The position numbers and the translations under genes are program-made. Below are positions 24,349 to 36,930 of a DNA stretch of 64,000 nucleotides, in pieces. Position 1 is the stretch's first letter. Every line of letters begins with the position of its first letter. The notes under the pieces were generated by a model, which was given only the letters and a program-made list of their open reading frames with translations, was not told the origin of the DNA and searched no databases. The DNA is taken from contig CM075988.1 of NCBI GenBank assembly GCA_038087875.1, forward strand, positions 19,718,001 to 19,782,000. Reading direction: 5' to 3'. The DNA comes from Malacoraja senta. Its lineage: Eukaryota.

Positions 24349-25872
24349 CGGTTGTGTACTCTACCTACACACATCCCTCGGTAGGCCATTCAAGAATTAG
24401 TGGGTTTCCTTTTGTATGGAGAGTCCGAACATACAGATAGTACAGATTTTTGTAAGTGTTTAACAAAAGGGACCCTAACGGACAGCAACAGGACAAGTCA
24501 TGGACACTAAGAACTGCAGATGTTGGTTTACAAAAAAAACACAATGTAATGGAGTAACTCACCTTGTGTTTTTTAGATATGATGGGAATAAGGAAATGGC
24601 TAAGGAATTATAAACAAATATGTTTACCATTATTGAATGCAAATTTGAGTGCAGGAGTCAAGAAGTCTTATATATTGTGATGCATTTATATGTTGTTTAC
24701 TCGAGTTTAGAAAAACAGCATGAAAACAGGCCCTTCAGCCCACGCCAACCATCGATCATCCATTCACATTACTTTTATATTACCTAACTTTCTCATCCGC
24801 ACGAGGACAATTTACAGAGGCCAAATAGTTCAGATTAGTTCATTGTCATGTGCATCGAGGTACAGTGAAAAGCTTCTTTGTTGCGTGTTATTCAGTCAGT
24901 GGAAAGGCTGTACATGATTACAATCAAGCATCCACAGTATGTAGATACAGGATAAAAGGTATAATGTTCAGTGCAAGATAAAGTCCAGCAATAGTCTGAT
25001 GGTCTCCAATGAGGTATATGGTAGGTCTTTGGGATGTGGGAGGAAACCAGTGCACCTGGAGGAAACCCATGCTGTCACTGGGAGAACATGCAAATTCCAC
25101 ACAGGTAGCACCAAATGTCAGGACATGTCCCCTGGATGCGGAGTCTCGAAGCAGAAGTCATAATCTCTGAAGAGTGGAGGCATTTAGGACAAAATGATGA
25201 GAAATGTCTTTACATAGAGTGTGGCGAATTGTTGAAGTTCTCTGCCCCATAAAGCTTGGGATACTCAGTCACTGATTTCATTCCATGGATGGATTTCTGA
25301 ATATTAAGAATACAGAGGGGTAAGGGGACAGTACTGGTAAATAACGGTGGTCAAAGATCGGGTATGATCTTAATGAATGGGAGAGTGGGCTTAAAGGACC
25401 TATGGCCTGAATCAAAAGTCAGGAGTGTTTAATTGACACATGTACCAGCAACAGAACAATGACATTCTTATATGCTGCAGTTTAAACATAATAACTCACA
25501 ATTAAATGTTCATACAATGTTAAAAAGCAGTAATACCAGGTAACATTAATAATGCAAAACTCAGGCCCTTAGTGGAACCAAAGACACAGTCCATTCAAGA
25601 TCATAGTTGTTGGGGTTAGTGTTCAAAAGCCTGATGTTTGCTGGAAAATAGTTGTTCTCTTCCTGGAGGTCAGGGTTTTCTGGCTCTTCCCAAAGGTAGT
25701 AGCGAGATGAGAGCATGCTTAGGGTGGTCTAGGTCTTAGCTGATGAATAGAATGACTACTCCTTTAAACTGTGCTACAGCCAAGTTATTGTGCTGCCCAA
25801 CAACATATCAAGCATGGGGACTGTGCATTAAACACTCGTACCATCTTCAATGGGAACTTGAACTTGACATGT

Positions 25873-26079
25873 GTAGGAAGAAACTGCAGATGCTGGATTA
25901 AACCAAAGACAGACACAAAAAGCTGGAGTGACTCAGAGGGACTGGCAGCATCTCTGGAGAGAAGGGATGGGTGACGTTTCACGTCAAGACGTCTGAAGAA
26001 GCGTCTCGACCCGAAATGTCACCCATCCCATCTCTCCAGAGATGCTGCCTGTCCCGCTGAGTTACTCCAGCATTTTTTG
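25873..26079. mobile_element. Palindromic Penelope terminal-repeat insertion
   Basis: Long inverted arms around 25985; plus-strand core ctgaagaagcgtctcgacccgaaatgtc; TSD ttgaacttgacatgt (25858-72) / ttgaacttcacatgt (26080-94). Confidence 0.85.
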
Positions 26080-26737
26080 TTGAACTTCACATGTTTGTAT
26101 TTCATTATCAGCGGGTATTATTTTTTGATCATTTAATTTAAAAATGCATTCGGTGTTATTCACAATCTCAGTCACAAGTTCAGAAGCAAATCTCGCAGAA
26201 CACAAGGCAAACCTATTGTTCCGCACTAGCTAACCCTCATCGTTACCCCACCCTATGGCCAGCCCCTGCTCCTATCCCAGCCTCACCTTTACCAGCATTT
26301 GTTACCTTCAACGAAAATGCAGGCTGCGTACATCATCAACCCCCTCGATCACCCCTGGAAGAACATTACCATAACAATAGGTGACCTTTAGGAACTGTAT
26401 GAATTCCATTTCTAGACTGCTGCTTCAGTTTGGAAAGAAACGTAGAGAAAACAAAGAACATTTAATGAAAGTAGTTGTCATAAGGTTAATGATGCAGCTT
26501 GAAATGATTTGGTGAATTGATTACAATTATGATAATTATAATTCTGCAATGCGCACAAAGGCTTTGATTCTAAGAATAGAATGCTTTGGAACAGACTTCC
26601 CTGTTTTTGACATTTGAAGAGTTCTCAAGAGTGTAGAACAAATAATGGTTGCTGTGGGCTCCAAGGGATATATCTCCAGCGTAAAAGTTCTTGTTGCGAC
26701 GAGGATTCTTCAGCATGTTTTTGAAGCAATGACTTTT

Positions 26738-27020
26738 ACTTTAGACATTAGAGATGCGGTGCAGAAACAAGCCCTTCGTCACCCCCCCCCCCCCCGCACC
26801 AATCACCTCATACACTAAACTACACACACTTGGAACAATTTTCCAACTTACCAAAGCCATTTAACCTACAAACCCGCATATCTATGGAGTGTGGGAAGAA
26901 ACCGGAGCACCCAGAGGAAACCCACGCGGTCAAAGGGAGAACATACAAACTCCTTACAGACAGCACCTTTAGTCAGGAATGAACCCAGATTTCTGGTGCT
27001 GTGAGACCGCAACCCTACTG
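26738..27020 (-). mobile_element. V-SINE (HE1-like)
   Basis: gtgggaagaaaccggagcacccagaggaaacccacgcggtc...aaactcc...gacagcacc is the rc V-domain. Confidence 0.82.
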
Positions 27021-28019
27021 TAGCCCCATTTTCTGGGAAAGGACACTGAGATTAAATTTGGGGGATTATGTGTCGACAACGGGGGATTATGTGTCGATTA
27101 TGTGGTACCAACCTGAAGCAGTTGGTGTAGGTAGTCCAGGTCACAGGAGCATATGGAAGGGCAGGCATCACTGCCATCAGGTACATCATCAATTTCATGT
27201 CAATCCTAAGATCTTGTTCTCCAATCGTCCTTTTCCTCAATGAACGGTAGACTGTGCTGGTGTGTGGAGGGTGGTTGGGTGGGTGGATGGGCTGAATCGT
27301 GCTCTCAGCCTCCACCATGCCTCGGGACCCCTGCACATCCAAATCTTTGCCCTCCTGCAACACACACCCATGAGTCTACCGAGGGACCAGTGAAGAAGGC
27401 CTCCTTGCAAAAACATCCACTCCTCAACCCGCTGCTAGTAAGGGCAGCGAAGTGAATGGAGATTTCCTACATTTCTGAGGTGGGCAAGTGGAGGTCACTG
27501 ATACTGTTGGCAAAAGGTGAATGTTTAATGGATACACCAGGTAACTACAGATGCTGGATTCCTGACCCTTCTTCAGGCTGACAGGTCAGAGTTTGATTAT
27601 GGGTCACGACTTGACATATTGTTTGTCCATTCCCTCCACAAATGCTGCTTGACCCGTTGAGTTCCTCTTTTGCTTTTTGCAGTAAAATGTTTAAATTATT
27701 TTACTTTATTTAGAGTTTAGAGATACAGCATGGAAACAGACCCTTCGACTCACCAAACCCTTCGAGTCAGAATTGAACCCTGGTCTCTGGCGCTGTAAGG
27801 CAGCAACTCTACCGCTGCGCCACTGTGCTGCCCCACCATTGATATTTTGAAGCCTTGATATTTTAATTTAACTTTTAACTTTTAAAATATTTCAAATATT
27901 TGTTATTGCTTCCTCCTTATTCAGATGTATTGCATTTAAATGTTGGACCATTCGTGACATCACAAAAAAAATTGCAAAAGCCTTTGGTCTACTGTGCAAA
28001 GCACCATGGATAGCCACAG

Positions 28020-28460
28020 TGTCATACAGCATGGAAACCGACCCTTTGGCCTAACTTGCCCATGCCAAATTAGATGCTCCATCTACACTAGTCCCACCTG
28101 CATGCACCTGGCCCACATCCCTCTAAACCTTTCCTATCCATGTATCTGTCCAAGTGTCTTTTAAATGCTGTTAAAGTACCTGCCTCAACTACCTCCTCTG
28201 GTACCCTGTTCCATATACCCACCACCCTCTTTGTGAAAAAGTTGCCCCTCATGTTCCCATTAAATCGTTCCCCTGTCACCTTATACCTATGTCCTCTGGT
28301 TCATGGTTCCCCAACTCTGGATAAAGAGTACGCTGTGTTCCCCTCATGACGCTATACACCTCTATAAGATCACCCTCAGTCTCCTGCACATGACAGAACA
28401 AAGTCCTAGCCTTCCCAACCTCTCCCTATAACTCAGGCCCTCGAGTCCTGGCAACATTCT
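28020..28460 (-). mobile_element. CR1-type LINE 3' fragment
   Basis: ORF 28088..28279 MRGNFFTKRVVGIWNRVPEEVVEAGTLTAFKRHLDRYMD. Confidence 0.88.
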
Positions 28461-29334
28461 AATAAGTCAACAGGACCTGCAGTAGTCAAGGTCTCAGTAG
28501 CCACTGCCTGATTCTCAGCCTTCTCCCCCTTTACAGTGCAGAACGCAATCTATTCACCCCTCCGCATCCAGAGGCAGCAAGTCTTCTGAGGTGGGCTCTT
28601 GGGCTATAGGACAATGTCTTTCCCTATGTCCCACTACCCAAACCTGCTGTGTGTATGCGACTCTAACGCATCAGCCACAAACTGGAATTCCCACCTGAGT
28701 CTGACCAAGCTCATTTCTCTAGTTTAGTGGAGACCTTTTTACAATAATTATGCTTGATGGTGTTTTAATCTTTTTTTGTAATATAATGGGAATATTGAAG
28801 AACTTACTTTGTCATTTATTAGCTGCAGAAAAACATTTGTTTAACATGAACAATCAGCTAAAAATCAAGGCCGACTAAATTACATTATTCCAGAGCAATT
28901 CAAGCCTGCGTTTCCCTCCCACCAAGTCTGACAGGTTGAAAGAAATTATACTATATCTTAGCAGCCGCAGCAGGACATTACTGTCACAAAGCAATTGCAT
29001 CTGTCCTTGAGAGAAGGCCTGATTGCTTGCATCCAGCACTTTCCCTCAAAGTTTAAAAAAAGTCTCCATGTTGTATTAAATCCTGGCAAAATGGAACATT
29101 TAAATGCATAATCTCGCTCTTCAAAATCAAAGAGAGCTCAAACATTGAACTACTTCTAGTATCAATTAAAGCAACATCGGTTTGATGAGTGGCAGATGCT
29201 CAGCTGAAATTACTCCATGCCTTGTTTTCATTTTCCCTGTAATAGAACAATTGTACCTTGATTATAATTGCTGATGAGATTAAAGCTCTCTTCCTATTAC
29301 ATGTTTTTTTTCCCCTCTCTTCTCGATACTCCAG

Positions 29335-29367
29335 AGGCGACTAATTCACACAGTGCGTTGGCCAAAG
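29335..29367 (+). other. Candidate 33-nt cassette microexon of an unidentified host gene
   Basis: Long polypyrimidine tract plus CAG acceptor (tttttttcccctctcttctcgatactccag), AAG|GTAAGA donor, length divisible by 3, at the end of a repeat-poor block. Confidence 0.4.
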
Positions 29368-30246
29368 GTAAGAATGAAAGTTCAGGTACTTGAAAGCCAT
29401 AAGCTCAGACCACAAAGTTGCTGCACCATAAACCACCCATCGGCTCTATCTACACCCCCTGGCCGTAGAAAAGCAGTCAACATAATTAAGGACCACTTTT
29501 CACCTTGGTCATTCCCTCTTCTCACCTCTCCCATCAAAAGATGCAAGAGCTTGAAACCATGTACCACCAGATTCAGGAAAAGCTTTTTCCCTGCTGTTAT
29601 CAAAGGTCCTTCTATAAGCTAATGTGTGTAGTACTGGTCGCCCTTTTCCAGGAAGGATGTGGATGCTTGGAGAACGTGCAGAAGAGGTTGCCAGAAAGCT
29701 GCCTGCATTAAAGAGCATTAACAACATGGAGAAGTTGGACAAAGTTGTATTGTTTTCTAGGGAAAGTCAACGTTTTTTTCGGGGGGACCTGAGAGAAGAT
29801 TAGAAAGTTATGAGAGGCCCCCTGTGGAAAGAAGTTCCAGAAATTCAACAGTTTCGGCAAGTTGTCTGTGTGCACTGCAGCTTTAATGACCAACCCTGAT
29901 CTTTAACTATGTGCTTTGTTCAAGATTCTGCCAGTGGAAACATCTTCACATCTACCTGTCAAGTTCCCTCAGGATCCTATACATTTCAATAAGATCACCC
30001 TTCATTCTTCTAAACTCCTGATAATATAAATAGTATTTCTTTCGCTGCTCATGATGGGAAAACGCACTTGTTGCAAGAATTAGCCGAGTGACGCTAATTT
30101 TGAGCGCCTTTAATGGCAGTATGTCTTTCTTATGTCAGGAGACTAACTCCAGATACAGTCTCATCAACACGTTATACTGTTGTAGCAATATGTCCCAATT
30201 TTTAAACTCCAATCCTCCTGTTGTAATGGCCAATATGCTATTTGCC

Positions 30247-30430
30247 ATCCGCGGGAGGAAAGGAGGAAAGATGATAAGACTTTATTGCCTTCCATCACAG
30301 TGGGGAATGTGGAGGAGCCGCTGTGGTGGATGTTTATGTCAAATGTTTAGGTAGTTGTGTGAATTGTTACTTTTTTGGTATGGCAAACCAAATTCCTCAT
30401 ATGTTGGAAAACATACTTGGCTAATAAATT

Positions 30431-30466
<36 letters not shown>

Positions 30467-30493
30467 ATGATTATTATTATGATTATTATTATG

Positions 30494-30540
<47 letters not shown>
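30247..30540 (+). mobile_element. Non-LTR 3' fragment with expanded (GAT)n/(TAT)n tail; related copies at 30950-31170 and 33668-33935
   Basis: Shared actttattgccttccatcacagtggggaat...gctgtggtggatgtttatg block; flanked by ctatttgcc (30238-46) / ctattttgcc (30541-50). Confidence 0.7.
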
Positions 30541-30781
30541 CTATTTTGCCCACTGGACTGTGGTAATTCTTGCACAAACCTAGATCCCTCTGTCTGTTCC
30601 TCATCTGCAATGTTTCTCCATTTATCTAACGGTCTGCTTCTTGATTCCTCTTGTCAAAATGCAGGACCTCACACTTTCCCACATTCAACTCCATTTGCCA
30701 AGTTTACACCCACTCACTCAACCCATCTATATCCTGTTGCAGAGTTGACATGTCCTTGTCACAACAACCTTCTCTCTATCT

Positions 30782-30912
30782 GTCTGAAGAAGGGTCTCGA
30801 CCCGAAACATCACCCATTCCTTCTCTCCAGAAATGCTGCCTGTCCCGCTGAGTTACTCCAGCATTTTGTATCTAAATTCCATTTAAACCAGCATCTGCAG
30901 TTCTTTCCCACA
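30782..30912 (+). mobile_element. Solo Penelope terminal repeat starting at the hammerhead-like core
   Basis: gt-CTGAAGA-a-GGGTC(tc)GACCC-GAAAC-atc at 30784-30811, then the canonical tail to aaaccagcatctgcagttc. Confidence 0.82.
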
Positions 30913-33667
30913 CAAACCTCTCTAAACCATTTTTAGTGACATCAGGAAAATTGGGCGCCTTACACTGAACAAAGGAGGAAGATGACTGAACTTTATTGCC
31001 TTCCATCACCATGAGGAATGTTGATTCCACGGTGGTAGATGTTTATGCTAAACTTTATTTAATGTGCTGTGTGTATTATTGCTTTTTACTTAGTATGGTT
31101 GCATTGTAACTCAAATTTCACTGTACCTTAATTGGTACATGTAACAATTAAATTGAATTTTGAATCTTGACCACTCTTCAAAGTTAATAAAAACAACTTG
31201 TAAGTAATGGAGGACCAAGACCAGACTGGTAGATAGATAGAAAAGGTTTAGATGGATATGGGCCAAATGCGGGCAAATGGGACTAGCTGAGATAGAGAAT
31301 CTTGATTACCATGGAGAAGTTGGGCCGCAGGGCCTGTTTCCGTGCTGTATGACTCTATGACCTGTTATTTGGAGCTCTCCATATCCTTTGAGTTTGAGAA
31401 AACCCATGTATTCCAACTCCCTCATCTGCAATCTTAGATCTACACAATACTCCCATTGCCTCTCTCTTTGTGCACCAACTTTCATTGCATCTTGTCAAAT
31501 GCCTTCCAGAAATCCAAATATTTGTACAGGTTTCCCTCTATCAACCCTGCCTGTTACAAGCTTGACAAACTCTTGCAAATTTGTCAGACATGATTTACTT
31601 TTCAGAAAACCATGTTGACTTGGTTTGATTACATTATGCTTCTCCAAATGACGAGCTGTTTCTTCCTTAATTATAAAATCCATCATCTTGCCAATAACGG
31701 ATATTAACTGTGCTTCTCTTTGTCTTTCTGCCTTCATGAAGAATGGAGACATATTTGTGGTCTACTGCAACTTTCTAGGCTCTCTGAGTATCGATAACAT
31801 TCAATCTGTGTTTGCACTACACTCTTTGTAGCCACATCCACTGGGCCCGTTCAGAACTACCTATCAGGTCCTGGTGATGTCATGGACTCATGCAGCGTGG
31901 AAACATGTCCATCGGCCCAACTTGCTCACGCCGTCCCACCTGCCTGCATATGGCCCATATCTCTCTAAACCTAACCTATCCATGCACCTGTCCAAATGAT
32001 TTTAAAATGTTGTTATGGTACCTGCCATGTTATGAACATCCTCCTCCAGCAGCTCTTTCCATATATCTACCATCCTTTGTGTAAAAAGGTTGCCCCTTTG
32101 GTTGTCTGCCCTTAGCCATTTAGTTCTTCCAATATCTTGTACCTTATTCCAAGTTCCTCCACCTTGTTTGAAACTTGCCCTAAACATATCTTTGGGATAT
32201 TTGCGGTGTCTGCACTGTGACGACTGATGCAAAGTCTTGATGTAAATTATCCACCATTTCCTTCTTTCCTGCTACGAACAGCCATACCCTCTAAAGGTCA
32301 CACACTTAACCTAGACCACCTCTTCCTATTTACCTATGATTAGTTGCCTTGCTCTTTGTTCTAAAATATTACTAGTCAGTTTTCTTTCATTCAATTTCTC
32401 TCCTCCTTTATACTTCCAGTTGCTTGTTCGTGTAAAATTCCCACTCCTCCCATCCATCTAGCTCTTAATTTAACATTTTGCCTGACTTCCTTTGTTGTTT
32501 TTTTATCAGGATGCAGTCTGGATTAGTGGGTATTAGCTATAAAGAGTGGATGTACAAACTTGGATTGTTTTCTCTAGAATGTCAGTTTGAGGAAATGGAC
32601 AAAAATGTATTAAATGATGAGAGATATAGATAGGGTAGACAGTGAGAATCTTTTTCCCTGGGGGGGAAATGTCAAAGATGAGAGGACATAGCTTTAAAGT
32701 CAATGGGGGGAAATGTTAAAAGGGATGTGCGGAGCAACTTTTTTTTAACCGAGTGTGGTGGGTAGCTGAAACTCATTGCCAGAAACAGTGGTGCAAGCAG
32801 GTCCTGGTGATGTCATAGACTGATGCAGCGTGGAAACATGTCCATCGACCCAACTTGCCCACGCCGACCAACATGTCCCAGGCATTTAGGAGGCTTTTAG
32901 ATGGACACATAAATATGCAGGGAATGGAGGGATATGGATCATGTGCAAACAGAGATTAGTTTAGTCTTGTATCATGTTCAGCACATACATTGTGGGCCGA
33001 AGAGCCTGTTCCCATGCTGTACTGTTCGATGTTCCAACCAAAGATGGTACTTCTTTCTCCTGGAGACCTTTTCTCTAATTGGGATGTTTCTGCTGGAGGT
33101 TATGAGCTAGAAGTCCCTTCTGACATGATTTTCATATTTCCCCAATTATGCTTTCTCCTTTCGAGAAGCAACATCTTGTGGACCTCCACACCCCTGCTAT
33201 TCATTGCTTCCACCCAAACGGATTCTACATCTGGGTGATGTAGACTGTACCTACATCACCCAGCGGTATCCTGTTAAAATTCAGCCACTGTGATATGAAC
33301 CTGGAGAACGACGGGGTTCACTTCTTGAAAGGAAATCAGACACTCACTTAATGGAAGCTCTTGAACTAAGAATTATGGCTTTAAAATGCATGACAGGGGA
33401 AATAATCACAGCAGCTCTTTCAGAACTCTGCTTGGGATCCAAGTGCTGAGACACAGAAATGCAATGCATTAAATTCTGTAGCAAAGTACAAATAAATAAC
33501 TGCTGATAATTCTGTGGCACGCTGTACTTTATTTCCTCTGCACCTGCGTTTTGCAAAAATGGTTTTGCAACAGGGCAATCCAGAAAACATCGTTCAAACC
33601 GAGTTTGTGACAATACAACCGGGGTTTTTACAGCATGTTTCTAATTTATAAATTTCTAGGTTTCAAG

Positions 33668-33935
33668 GTATAAGCCGCAGGAGCTTCGACCGCCCCGACA
33701 CGGGAGCTTCGATCGCCCCAACTGCGGATGGTTCGCCTGCCCCGACCGTGGGAGAATAAAGAGGAAGAAGCTTATAGACTTTATTGCCTTCCATCACAGT
33801 GGGGAATCCGCTGTGGTGGATGTTTATGTTAACTTTTAGGTAGTTGTGTGTCGTGTTGCTTTTTCTTGTATGGCTGTATGGTAATTCGAGTTTCACTGTA
33901 CCTTAATTGGTACACGTGACAATAAACTGACCTTT
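33668..33935 (+). mobile_element. Non-LTR/SINE-like 3' fragment with internal ~22-bp repeats and Rex-type tail
   Basis: ggagcttcgaccgccccgac repeated about 3 times; ends tttcactgtaccttaattggtacacgtgacaataaac. Confidence 0.7.
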
Positions 33936-34574
33936 GCACTTTTAATCAGAAACTTCTAAGCTAATCAGTGAGAAACAAGTATTGGAGGTTGAAGAGGTTG
34001 AGAACCGAGGCTTTAATTAGAGATTAGAAACAGTCTTTCAGGAGGGACATGGAGCAAAAAACAGGTGCAAGGAGCTGGTTCACTTCTCAGCCACAATCAC
34101 ATTGAATGCTGGAGCGGGTTCCTCTGAAATAAGTGGACGCAAAATAGAATAGAAATCTAAAAGGAAGCCTTTCAGTCCAACCAGTCTATCCCAGCTCGTT
34201 GTAGAGCTATCATATTGGTCCCTTCCCTCTGCTCTAACTCCACAGTTCAGCAGATTACTGTACATATCTAACCAAAGCTCCAGTTGATGGGCAGCCAGTT
34301 CTGAAGCCAAGATGTATGATTTCTCCACAAATATTATCCCTGTCGGAGCTTTAAACTATGGAAAAAGAAGAAAGAGAGGCAGGAGTGTGACATCTTGTCT
34401 CTTGAGTCTCTCCACATTCAGTCCTGTGGCAGATCTTTCTCATTCTCTTAGAGCATCATTTTTTTTATCACAGTCTTAAATAACTGAGTATACACAGCGC
34501 TCTTGAGGATAAGAATTTTAAATATTCACGACTGAGTAAAGACATTTCTCCCCAATCTGATCTTAAATAGCTTA

Positions 34575-35020
34575 CCTGGAATTGCAGAGAGTTGTGGATG
34601 TAGCCCAGCTCATCACACAGATCTAACTCCCCACCATTGACTCCATCTACACTTCAGGCTGCCTCGGGAAAGCAGCCAACATAATCAAGGACTTTTTTCT
34701 CCCCTCTCGCGTCATGCAGAAGATACAAAAGCCTGAAAGTGTGCACTAACATTCTTAGGAACAGCTTCTTTTCCACTGTTAACTTCTGAATGGGCCTTCC
34801 ATAAATTAGGTATAGTCCTGATTATCCAACCAACCTCATTCTGTACATTGGCATTTTCTCTGGAACTGTAACATTACAATGTTGAGAAACTATATTCTGC
34901 GCTCTCGTATTTTTCTCTGTTGTACTTTCGTTTGGCTTGATTGCATTAATGTATTGCATTCATCTGATTCGCTTTTCACTGGATCTCGGTACAAGTGACA
35001 ATAATAAACCAATACTAATA
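34575..35020 (+). mobile_element. Rex1/Babar-type LINE 3' fragment, decayed
   Basis: ccattgactccatctacacttcaggctgcctcgggaaagcagccaacataatcaaggac...cggtacaagtgacaataataaacc. Confidence 0.78.
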
Positions 35021-35570
35021 CCATGCACATGAATTCTTGATTCTCAAACTGGGTGCAATATCCTCCCAATATCCACCTTATCAAGGCTGGTGTGAATGTT
35101 CCTGGTTTCAATGCAATAAGCAGAATGAATGTGAAAGCAAAAGGAGCTTTAAGAGCACCACAAGCATTAACTAATTAATGGGATATCAAACGTAGAGAAG
35201 AACAGTTTAAGAACAGGCACTTCAACCCATTATCTGCACCTACCATGATGCCAAACTAAACTAATCCCATCTGTTTGCACACACTGCAGATGCTGTAATC
35301 TTGTGTGAAATGCAAAGTTTTGGAGTGTAGCTCAGTGGGTTACACAGCATCTGTAGTGGGAATGGACAGGCAATGTTTTGGGTCAGGATTTTTCTTCATG
35401 GTTTGTATTCCTCTATTTCCTGCCTGTTTGTGTTTAAATGTCTCTTAAACATTGCTGACATGTCTACTTCCACCACCGCCCCTAGCAACATGTTCCAGCC
35501 ACCATCCACGCTGTGTAAAAAAAGTCTCACAAATTTCCTTTAATCTTTCCCCCTCTAAGCTATACCTTAA

Positions 35571-35888
35571 TAGCCCTGTCCCACGGTACGAGTTCATTCC
35601 AAGAGCTCTCCCGAGTTTTAAAAAAATCAAACTTGTGGTAAGCACGGAGAATGAATGTAGCGGGTACATCGGAGCTCGGGGACGTCTCTTAGCGCTAACG
35701 GCAGGTACTCGGGAAGACTCGCTAACGGCAGGTAAGCACGGGAAGACTCGTGAAGATTTTTTAACATGATGAAAAATGTCCACGAGCCCCGAGTACCGAC
35801 GAGTGGCCATTACCGTAAATCTCCGAGTTCGAATAAGGGCTAACTCGGGAGAACTCTTGGAATGAACTCGTACCATGGGACAGGGGTT
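35571..35888. mobile_element. PIF/Harbinger-type MITE
   Basis: ~50-bp imperfect TIRs (ccctgtcccacggtacgagttcattccaagag / ctcttggaatgaactcgtaccatgggacaggg); TAA TSD; removal restores host CR1 ccttaaagctatgccctctag. Confidence 0.88.
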
Positions 35889-35889
35889 T

Positions 35890-36930
35890 AAAGCTATGCC
35901 CTCTAGGAAAAAAGGATTCTGGTTGTATATGCTATCTATGCATATACTTGGATCAGGTCTTCCCTCAACTTCCAAAGTAAACAATCCAAGTTTATCCAAC
36001 CTTTCCTTACATCTAAAAAACTCCAGTCCAGAAAACTTTCTGGTGCACCTGTACCTCTCCAAAGACTCCACATCCTTCCTGTGGAGGAACAAACAGAACT
36101 GCCAACAATAATCTAAATGGGGCCCGAACATACTTTTATACAGTTGCAACCCGACTTGCCAACTTTATACCGGATGCTCCGATCAACAAAGATAAAAATA
36201 GTATATGCCTTCTACACCACCCTGTCCACTTGTGTGGACACTTTCAGCGAGTTACCGGCCTGTCCCACTTACGCAATTTTTTCGGCGACTTGCCGGCACC
36301 CGTCATAGTCTCAGCAGGGCGCCGCGTCGCGAGGTAACGCCTGTATGGTTGTGAGTAGTCGCCCAAAGAGTCGTACCTTTTTCTGGTCGACGCTGGATTT
36401 TCAACATTTTGAAAAATTTCGGCGACTTGCTGCGACTATGACGGGTGCCGGCAAGTCGCTGAAAAAATCGCGTAAGTGGGACAGGCCCTTTAAGGACATT
36501 CTCCCCAAAAGTCTATAACTCTCTGAAAGTGTCCACACAAGTGGAAGAAAGGTCTCGACCCAAATCGTCACCCATTCCTTCTATCCACAGATGCTGCTTG
36601 TCCTGCCGAGTTACTCCAGCTTTTTGTACCTTCTCCCCAAGAATCCTCCGTACATTAATTTTATGTGGGGTTCTGCCACTTACTGTATACTTTCCTCTAA
36701 CATTTGACTTCCCAAAGTGATAAAAATCACATTTGTTTCGATTAAATTCCATCTGTCATTCTTCTGCCCAAATTTCAAATTGCTGTATCCTATGACAATC
36801 TTCATCACTATCTACAACTCTACCAAATTTTGCGTCTTCTGCAAACCTACTAATCAAATCATCTACATTTTCATCAGAATCATTAATATATATTATAAGC
36901 AACAGATGTCTTGGCACAATCCTTGTGGAA
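35890..36930 (-). mobile_element. Decayed CR1 RT fragment hosting nested MITE and Penelope insertions
   Basis: ORFs QLYKSMFGPHLDYCWQF, IYINDSDENVDDLISRFAED and MEFNRNKC. Confidence 0.82.
36255..36489. mobile_element. PIF/Harbinger-type MITE, largely palindromic
   Basis: ~55-bp inverted arms ggcctgtcccacttacgc...gcgacttgccggcacccgtcatagtc; TTA TSD (36252-54, 36490-92). Confidence 0.88.

Noticed and set aside
30355..30936. 193-aa ORF with poly-Asp/poly-Tyr, and antisense poly-Asn/His
   Set aside because: Reading through a (GAT)n(TAT)n retroelement tail and adjacent repeats
35445..36149. 234-aa ORF
   Set aside because: Chance read-through of a decayed CR1 and a nested MITE; not a gene
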